Of a stretch of 57,210 nucleotides of DNA, positions 44,991 to 51,683 are shown one piece after another. This DNA is from Verrucomicrobia bacterium UBA1211 (GTDB lineage: Bacteria; Verrucomicrobiota; Kiritimatiellia; RFP12; UBA1067). The DNA lies in the NCBI GenBank assembly GCA_002309585.1, contig DBXN01000140.1, positions 23,780-80,989 on the forward strand, read 5' to 3'. The notes under the pieces are model-generated. The model saw only the letters and a list, made by a program, of their open reading frames with translations. It searched no databases and was not told where the DNA came from. Positions within the stretch are counted from its first letter, which is position 1, and each line of letters starts with the position of its first letter. The position numbers and the translations under genes are program-made.

Positions 44991-46096
44991 CGGCGCTGGG
45001 TTTGGTTTGCGCGTTGGGGGATGATACCCGGACGATCTTGGAACGGGCGTTGGCCGGCGACACGTCCTTCATGCGGCCGTGGACGGGGGTGCTTCCCGCC
45101 GGCGCGGTTTCGCCTTTCGGGCGCGTCGATCTGCCGGAACCGGAGGAGGCGGCCGAGCCGCGCTGCGCTCGTCTGCTGCGGATGGCGGCGGATCAACTGG
45201 AACCGGAACTGGCCTCGCTCCGGCGGCGCGTCGCGTGGGAGAGGGTCGGGATTGTCCTGGGGAGCAGCAATTCGACGATGGAGGAGTTTACGCGGTGTCC
45301 TTCCGGCGGGATCGACATGGCGACGCCCGCGACCTTCCTGAAAGGGGTGCTGGGGACGGGCGGTCCCGCGTGGGTTGTCTCCACCGCCTGTTCCTCCAGC
45401 GCGAAAGCCTTCGCCTCGGCCCGCCGGCTGTTGGCGGGCGGGATTTGCGATGCGGTGATCGTGGGCGGGGCGGACAGTTTTTCGCGTGTGGTGGAGAACG
45501 GTTTTCTCGCGCTGGAGGCGTTGAGCGGCGAATTGGCCCAGCCGATGGGGAAGCGGCGGTCGGGGATCAATCTCGGCGAGGGGGCGGCGCTTTTCATCAT
45601 GGAGCGGGAGAACGGTCCGGTTTCCCTGCTCGGGATCGGCGAGAGTTCCGATGCCTATCACCTGACCGCGCCCCACCCGGAAGGGCGCGGCGCGGCCGAT
45701 GCGATGCGGGCGGCGTTGGCGGATGCGGGGTTGCCCCCGGGAGCCATCGGATATATCAACCTGCATGGGACGGGGACCGTCTATAACGACCGGATGGAAA
45801 GTCTTGCCATTCGCGATGTCTTCGGACTCTCCGTGCCCTGTTCCTCCACGAAGCCGATGACGGGCCACACCCTGGGCGCGGCGGGGGCGATTGAGGCGGG
45901 CCTTTGCTGGCTGATGCTTGATGCGGGTGACCGGCTGCTGCCGCACGTGTTCGACGGGGAGCGGGACGAGACGCTTCCGCCGCTTCCGCTGGTCGGGCTG
46001 AACGAGCGTCGGCCGTGTCGGACGGCGCTCTCCAACTCCTTCGCCTTCGGGGGAAGCAACGCGAGCCTGATTCTGGGAAGGGAAGATCATGGATAA
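44975..46096 (+). CDS. Beta-ketoacyl-ACP synthase with intact Cys-His-His triad (ApeO-like)
   Basis: VSTACSSSAKAF (Cys), SDAYHLTAP (His), NLHGTGT (His), KPMTGHTLGAAG, SFAFGGSNASL. Confidence 0.85.
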   Translation: MRVGLTALGLVCALGDDTRTILERALAGDTSFMRPWTGVLPAGAVSPFGRVDLPEPEEAAEPRCARLLRMAADQLEPELASLRRRVAWERVGIVLGSSNSTMEEFTRCPSGGIDMATPATFLKGVLGTGGPAWVVSTACSSSAKAFASARRLLAGGICDAVIVGGADSFSRVVENGFLALEALSGELAQPMGKRRSGINLGEGAALFIMERENGPVSLLGIGESSDAYHLTAPHPEGRGAADAMRAALADAGLPPGAIGYINLHGTGTVYNDRMESLAIRDVFGLSVPCSSTKPMTGHTLGAAGAIEAGLCWLMLDAGDRLLPHVFDGERDETLPPLPLVGLNERRPCRTALSNSFAFGGSNASLILGREDHG

Positions 46097-46544
46097 ACTG
46101 CCGCTGGAGAAGGTTCTGCCGCATCGGGCGCCGATGATTCTGCTGAGCGATTATGACCCCGATTCCTTTTCGGAGGAAGAGGTGAGCGCGTCGGTGACGG
46201 TGACGGACGGTGATGTCTTTTATGATGCCGCCTTGGAGGGCGTCCCCGCTTCGGTCGCGTTGGAGTATATGGCGCAGACCGTCGCCTGTTATGTCGGGCT
46301 GGTCCAGGTCCGCAATGGACGGGATCCCCGAATCGGGTTCGTGCTGGGGTCGCGGAAGATCGACATCACGATTCCCGTTTTCAAAAAGGGGGCGCGGTAT
46401 GGCATCCGCGCGCGGCTCCTCTTTACGGATGACGCCTTCGCCTCGTTTGAGACGGTCATCACCGATGCCGATGGCGGGGTTGTCGCCAGCGGGATCCTGA
46501 ACGCCTTTCAGCCGGAAGATCCGTACGCGCACGTTTCCCCTTGA
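46089..46544 (+). CDS. Hot-dog fold 3-hydroxyacyl-ACP dehydratase (ApeP-like)
   Basis: LPHRAPMILLSD N-terminal motif and ~150 aa size. Overlaps the KS gene by 8 nt. Confidence 0.6.
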   Translation: MDKLPLEKVLPHRAPMILLSDYDPDSFSEEEVSASVTVTDGDVFYDAALEGVPASVALEYMAQTVACYVGLVQVRNGRDPRIGFVLGSRKIDITIPVFKKGARYGIRARLLFTDDAFASFETVITDADGGVVASGILNAFQPEDPYAHVSP

Positions 46545-46618
46545 CTTATCGGCACCAGTTTAAGATACTCTTTTCCATCATCAATTTTGAATACGAATCC
46601 GGTCAGGAGAATTACGGG

Positions 46619-48154
46619 ATGAAGAGACAAATGTGGTATTATCGGATGGCGGAAGTGGCGGTTCTCTCCTTGGTGACGGGGATGACCGCATTGGGCGGCC
46701 AGATTTTCGACGGCGACGGTTCCGATGAGCCGGGTTTTGTTCCGCCGCCCCCGCGTAAAGAGGTCCCGCCGCCGCCCGCGAACATGTCCGGCGGCGAGAC
46801 GTTTGTTCCCTATCCGCCGCCGCCCGCGACGCCGATGTCCCGTTCCGAAAAGAAGAATCCGCCCAAACCCCCGACGATGTTCACCAAGCTGACCTCGCCG
46901 TATGGGGAGGTGGACTGGAATGCCCGCCCAAACGATCTGAACAATCTGCTGAAGTCGCTGAAGGGGATGGCGGATGTCGATTACGATTTCGAGGCGAAGT
47001 CGTTCTCCGAGATCGACGAGGATCCCGATCAGAATCCGATTCTCTACCGTTCCGGTCATTTCCACTGGAGCCTCAACGCGGGGGAGAAGAAAAAGCTCCG
47101 CGATTATCTGCTCCGGGGCGGGACGATCATCCTCAATGCGGGCATGGGATCCAAGCCGTTTTACGATTCGGCGATCCGGGTGCTGAATGAGGTCTTCCCC
47201 GAGGCGCCGGTGCAGCGGCTGAGCGCAGACCACCCGATCTTCCACGCCTACTACTCGCTGGACAAGGTGAACTACCGTCCGGGCGTCCGTGCCGTCTACA
47301 AGGGGAACGACCCGTGGCTGGACGGCGTGACCATTGACTGCCGGACGGTCGCGATCATCTCCCGGTTCGGGATGGAGGTCGGCTGGGATCCGCTGGAGGA
47401 TGACAACATCCTGGCGTATGAGCAGGAGTCCGCGCAACAGCTTGGGATGAACATTTTGAGTTACGCCAGCGCGATGCGTAACTGGACGCTGGAGAACATG
47501 AAGAAGACCAAATTCGAGGACTCGAAGCAGGTCTCCGACGCGGGATCGATGAATATCGCCCAGGTGATCTACAGCGGCGAATGGAAGACCCGTCACGTCG
47601 GCCTCTCGGTTCTGCTCTCGCAGTACAATGTCCAGACCGGCGTCCCGGTCAAATTCACGACGAAAGAGATGAAGCTGACCGATCCCAAACTCTTCGATTC
47701 GCCGATTCTCTATCTGACCGGGCATGAGACCTTCACCCTGAAGCCCGAGGAGATTACCGCGCTGAGGACCTATCTCAATGGCGGCGGGCTGCTTTTCGCC
47801 GAGGCCTGCTGCGGACGGAAGGCGTTTGATGTCTCCTTCCGCGCGATCATGTCGCAGGTTCTGCCCGGTGTCCAGCCGTCGATGCTGGGGCAGGGCCATC
47901 CGCTCTACAAGCTCCCCAACACCATCACTACCATGAAGGTGACGCCCGCCTGCGCCAAGTCATTCAACAACGCGCCGGCGATCGCCCCGCAGATTCTCAC
48001 CTGGATGGTGGACGGCAACCCCGCCGTGATCTACAGCCCGATCGGCATGGCGGGCGCCTGGGAACTTTCCCCCAACAAGTATTGCAACAGCTATCTAGAG
48101 GATGACGCCATCAAACTGGGCGTGAACATCCTGATTTACGCAAGCACAAGGTAA
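46619..48154 (+). CDS. Membrane-anchored protein with two tandem DUF4159-like domains
   Basis: Signal anchor and Pro-rich linker, then two copies of the pattern ...PILY(R/L)(S/T)GH..F.L...E...LR.YL..GG......C.G...FD.S.R......P. AGGAG before the ATG at 46619. Confidence 0.55.
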   Translation: MKRQMWYYRMAEVAVLSLVTGMTALGGQIFDGDGSDEPGFVPPPPRKEVPPPPANMSGGETFVPYPPPPATPMSRSEKKNPPKPPTMFTKLTSPYGEVDWNARPNDLNNLLKSLKGMADVDYDFEAKSFSEIDEDPDQNPILYRSGHFHWSLNAGEKKKLRDYLLRGGTIILNAGMGSKPFYDSAIRVLNEVFPEAPVQRLSADHPIFHAYYSLDKVNYRPGVRAVYKGNDPWLDGVTIDCRTVAIISRFGMEVGWDPLEDDNILAYEQESAQQLGMNILSYASAMRNWTLENMKKTKFEDSKQVSDAGSMNIAQVIYSGEWKTRHVGLSVLLSQYNVQTGVPVKFTTKEMKLTDPKLFDSPILYLTGHETFTLKPEEITALRTYLNGGGLLFAEACCGRKAFDVSFRAIMSQVLPGVQPSMLGQGHPLYKLPNTITTMKVTPACAKSFNNAPAIAPQILTWMVDGNPAVIYSPIGMAGAWELSPNKYCNSYLEDDAIKLGVNILIYASTR

Positions 48155-48262
48155 GGTTAAAAGATTAAGCAGGGGAACGGGGAATGGGGAACAGAGGGAA
48201 CAGGGAACAGGGAAGAGGGAATAGTGAACAGGGAAGAGAACGCTCAGCCCTCAACCCTCCTT
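48155..48262 (+). repeat. GGTTAAAAG module plus 13 in-phase heptamers (GGGGAAC ... CCTCAAC)
   Basis: 48172-48262: GGGGAAC GGGGAAT GGGGAAC AGAGGGA ACAGGGA ACAGGGA AGAGGGA ATAGTGA ACAGGGA AGAGAAC GCTCAGC CCTCAAC CCTCCTT. Confidence 0.9.
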
Positions 48263-48270
48263 TGTTGCGG

Positions 48271-49089
48271 ATGAAGCGGGTGAGAGAGACGGTCATGGCG
48301 ATACTCGCGTGTTGCGCGTTCGGCGCGTGGGGCGCGACCAAACAGGAGACGGCTTTTCTGTCGGTCTGGACGGTGCATAGCCAGTCGCCCGACAACCATG
48401 CGGCGGTCATCGCCGCCTGCCAGCGTGTCATGGACACCTCCGCCACCCTGGGTGAGTTCCTGCCGGTCGTCAAGACCTTGGCGGGATGGCATCTGCTCGC
48501 CTCAGGGAAAGAGGCCGATGCGATCCGGGTTTTGGAGAGTGTGCTGACAACAGACAAGAAGCCCGCGCCGATGGCCCGGTATGCCGACATCATGGCGCGG
48601 CGGTGGCTCTCCCGGCTGGACATCCGGAAGGTGGATGCCGCGTTGAAGAGCCACTACGCCGCGCATGTGGAATATCCCTCCTCCCTCGCACCGATTCTCT
48701 CGCTGCCCAAACCCGCCACGCCCGCGAAAACCGACCGGTTCGGCGATGGATGGATCTACCGGCTTTCGGGATTCAGCCGCCTGACCGATCTGAAGGCGCA
48801 GCGGTATGTGCTCTACAGCAAGACGCTCGGAACGTCGCTTTCCCGTTTGAGCGATCTGCCTTTTACCGCCTATTCTCCGCAGAAGTCCGTGACTTTCCTC
48901 AGCCGCAAGATGACCACGCCGCTGACGATCGAGATCGAGACCGTCGTGAACGGCGAGAAGCAGAAGGGCGTGGCGACCGAGGGCAACCTCTGCAATGGCG
49001 TCCGGTTCCTGAAACTCGCCTCCGACCTCCAGTTCGTCCTCTTCGCCGACAGCGAATGCGATTTCTGGCTTGTCTCAACGAAACGTTGA
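48271..49089 (+). CDS. Secreted hypothetical protein
   Basis: Signal-peptide-like MAILACCAFGAWG after the ATG at 48271. The upstream part of the track ORF (from 48184) is a translation of the heptamer repeat. No recognisable family. Confidence 0.4.
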   Translation: MKRVRETVMAILACCAFGAWGATKQETAFLSVWTVHSQSPDNHAAVIAACQRVMDTSATLGEFLPVVKTLAGWHLLASGKEADAIRVLESVLTTDKKPAPMARYADIMARRWLSRLDIRKVDAALKSHYAAHVEYPSSLAPILSLPKPATPAKTDRFGDGWIYRLSGFSRLTDLKAQRYVLYSKTLGTSLSRLSDLPFTAYSPQKSVTFLSRKMTTPLTIEIETVVNGEKQKGVATEGNLCNGVRFLKLASDLQFVLFADSECDFWLVSTKR

Positions 49090-49172
49090 GGGCAAGAGAC
49101 AATCACTGATCAATGATCACTGGACACTCTTCCCTCTTCCCTGTTCCCTATTTCCCGTTCCCTTTGTTTAAG
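49085..49172 (-). repeat. Inverted copy of the modular element: TTAAAC, GGGAAC-type heptamers, CAGTGAT units, CCCTCAAC
   Basis: The reverse complement reads CTTAAACAAAGGGAACGGGAAATAGGGAACAGGGAAGAGGGAAGAGTGTCCAGTGATCATTGATCAGTGATTGTCTCTTGCCCTCAAC. Confidence 0.8.
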
Positions 49173-49964
49173 TAATTCGGCGGCTTCGCGGCGGACATCG
49201 GGCATCATCGCCGATTCCGCAAGGGTCCGGAGGCGGGCCCGCTCCGCCTCCCCGATCCGGTTTTGACGGATCGCGATGCGGCATCGCATCAAGGTCAAAT
49301 CCTCCCGCTGGTACCGTTTCGCCGCCTTCGCTTCCAGCGCGGGCAGAGCGTCGGCCACGCTCTGCCACTCGCCGCACGCTTCAAGCAGTTGCAGGGCACG
49401 GAATGTCTGGGCATACGATTCTGAGGCGTTTTGGAGGGTCTGCGTTGAAAAGGCCCGGATCATCGGTGGCCAATCCGCGTGAAGGGCGATTTCGGCGAAG
49501 GCGAGTAGAAGCGGCGCGTCCGTTCCTCCGTATGCCGCGCCGAGGCGCAGGAAGTCGGCTTCCCGTTTGTCCGCCGCATAACGCTCCATCACCTCCGTGG
49601 CGAGCAGGTTGTCGCGGTGGCGGAGCAGGTAGGCCTCCGCCTCCCACTCGAAGTCGGGCCACGCCTTCTCCTCCCAGGCTAGGGCCAGATTCAGAAGGGC
49701 GGGATCGGAGGCGCGGTTCGCCCTCTTCCACGCTGCCAGGAGTTCCGACTTCTTTCCCTCCCTGACCGCCCGTCCGATCGCGTCTCCATAAACACGCCGG
49801 AAGGCAGACCAGTCGAGCGCCGGGGTCCCCTCCGGGAGAGCGGCCAAGATAAGCGGTGGCTCCGCCTGCTCCGGACAAGGTTTCTCCGTCTTCCCGCAGC
49901 CGGGGAGGACTACGCTTCCGAGAAACAGAAGGAAACCCCACGCAAAAATGGAATGGGTGGCCAT
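49110..49964 (-). CDS. Putative helical lipoprotein, unknown function
   Basis: Lipobox VVLPGC after a hydrophobic signal. The body is alpha-helical and Ala/Leu/Glu-rich. The last ~17 codons read into the repeat element. Confidence 0.45.
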   Translation of the reverse strand: MATHSIFAWGFLLFLGSVVLPGCGKTEKPCPEQAEPPLILAALPEGTPALDWSAFRRVYGDAIGRAVREGKKSELLAAWKRANRASDPALLNLALAWEEKAWPDFEWEAEAYLLRHRDNLLATEVMERYAADKREADFLRLGAAYGGTDAPLLLAFAEIALHADWPPMIRAFSTQTLQNASESYAQTFRALQLLEACGEWQSVADALPALEAKAAKRYQREDLTLMRCRIAIRQNRIGEAERARLRTLAESAMMPDVRREAAELLKQREREIGNREEGRVSSDH

Positions 49965-50109
49965 GGACCGGGAACGAGAGATCGCTGCATCCCCCGATCC
50001 TTTCTTATACGTTCTCCACCTGATGGTACTCATATCCCGATTCCCGTTTCAATTGCATGAAGAGGATATACCCAACCGGCGGCGTGAGGGAAGCCGGAAA
50101 TCGGGCAAA

Positions 50110-50192
50110 GTTATCATTCTGACATTATGCCATTATGAAATTTCACATTGCCACACTGCCATATTGCCACGATTTCACAATTCCACAATGGG
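50110..50192 (-). repeat. Octamer array YRNTGCCA, the reverse complement of the WTRTGGCA module, with a GAAATTTCAC core
   Basis: ACATTATG CCATTATG AAATTTCA CATTGCCA CACTGCCA TATTGCCA CGATTTCA CAATTCCA in one phase from 50122. Confidence 0.75.
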
Positions 50193-50375
50193 TGCATGGG
50201 TTGTTTTCCAGTTTCAGTCGGCATGGGTGAGAAACACAGATGCACACGATTCGAACTGCGCCACTTCTGCGCTTGAATAGGAGCGGAGGGTCAAGTAAAA
50301 TAAATGACCATTCCATCGGGGTGTCAGTTTGATTTTCGGTAGGGACATCGGTGGGAAGCGAGGTTTTGCGTTTAT

Positions 50376-51683
50376 ATGAGTGGTCCGGTGCATGAATTGG
50401 CAGAGAAGTTGAACGGGGTGTTGCAGGCGGATGGAAGCCCTCTTTTCCGTTTTCTTTCCGCGAAGGGACAGCGCGCGTTCTTCCCTTCCACGGGAATTTT
50501 GGGGCAGGGGGCGCAAGCCAAAGGGGCGGCGATTAACGCCACGATCGGAACTGCGTTCGAAGAGGACGGAACCCCTTTGTCGCTGGAGTGCGCGGAGCGG
50601 TTGACGGCCCTGCCTTCAACCGCCTTTCTCTATTCCCCGAGTTCGGGCGTGGCGGCGCTGCGGGATGTCTGGCGGGAGATGCTTTTCGAGAAGAACCCCT
50701 CGCTGAAGGGTAAACGGTTCAGCCATCCGGTTGTGACGCACGCATTGACGCACGGCCTTTTCGTGGCGGGCCATCTCTTCGTGGGGGAGGATGACGCGCT
50801 TATCCTGCCGAATCTCTATTGGGACAACTACGAGCTGCTTTTCTGCGAGGGCTACGGTGCCCGACTCGACCTCTTCCCGATGTTTACCGCCGCGGGCGCC
50901 TTCAACGCCGCCGCGATGGAAGCGAAACTGATGGAGTCCGGCGAGCGGAAGATCCTGCTGCTGAACTTCCCGAACAATCCGACGGGTTATACCGCCACCG
51001 AGTCGGATGCGGTGGCCATCACGGCCTCGATCCGCCGGGCGGCGGAGGCCGGCAAGAAGGTTGTCGTGATTCTGGATGACGCCTATTTCGGTCTGGTCTA
51101 CGAGGAGGGCGTCTGCAGGGAGTCGCTGTTTGTGCATCTGGCGGATCTCCATCCGAATGTCCTGGCGGTCAAGCTCGACGGCGCGACCAAAGAGGATTAC
51201 GTGTGGGGGGTCCGGGTCGGCTTCATCACTTTCGCCTCCCAAGGTGCGACGGATGAACAGTACAGGGCGCTGGAGGCGAAAGCTGCGGGAACGGTGCGCG
51301 GCACGGTCTCCAACTGCAGCAACATTGGCCAGCAGATGATGCTCAAGATTTACCGTGATCCCGACTACGTGACGCAGAAGAGAGAGAAGTACGCGATCCT
51401 GAACCGGCGGTACCAGACGATTAAGCGGGAACTCGCCGCCCATCCCGAGTATGCCGAGAGTTTCACGCGGATGCCCAGCAACTCCGGATATTTTATGTGC
51501 GTCAAGCCCATCGGGGTCGATGCGGAGTCGGTGCGCCGTTGCCTGATCGAGCGGTTCAGCACCGGTGTGATTGTGCTGAACGGGCTGATCCGATTGGCCT
51601 TCTCCTCGGTTCCGAACGCGGCTTTGCCGACGCTCTTCGCCAACATCGACGCGGCGGTGCGGTATCTCAAGGAGCGGGCGTGA
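50376..51683 (+). CDS. Class I/II PLP-dependent aminotransferase
   Basis: LLLNFPNNPTGYT, DDAYFGLVY, and a conserved Lys region (VKLDGATKED). About 435 aa. Confidence 0.8.
   Translation: MSGPVHELAEKLNGVLQADGSPLFRFLSAKGQRAFFPSTGILGQGAQAKGAAINATIGTAFEEDGTPLSLECAERLTALPSTAFLYSPSSGVAALRDVWREMLFEKNPSLKGKRFSHPVVTHALTHGLFVAGHLFVGEDDALILPNLYWDNYELLFCEGYGARLDLFPMFTAAGAFNAAAMEAKLMESGERKILLLNFPNNPTGYTATESDAVAITASIRRAAEAGKKVVVILDDAYFGLVYEEGVCRESLFVHLADLHPNVLAVKLDGATKEDYVWGVRVGFITFASQGATDEQYRALEAKAAGTVRGTVSNCSNIGQQMMLKIYRDPDYVTQKREKYAILNRRYQTIKRELAAHPEYAESFTRMPSNSGYFMCVKPIGVDAESVRRCLIERFSTGVIVLNGLIRLAFSSVPNAALPTLFANIDAAVRYLKERA

Noticed and set aside
48184-48270. N-terminal extensions of track ORFs: 48184 (MGNRGNREQGRGNSEQ...), 32462, 41952, 51497, 55399, 46541, 40986 and 12
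   Set aside because: The extensions either translate repeat arrays or overlap the 3' end of the preceding gene. They are followed by an internal ATG with an RBS and/or a signal peptide or family-typical N-terminus, so the shorter starts were adopted.
50241-50262. A tRNA-like T-loop, GTTCGAATC on the minus strand
   Set aside because: The flanking 5 nt segments do not pair as a T-stem, and no acceptor, D or anticodon arms can be drawn. It is an isolated chance match.
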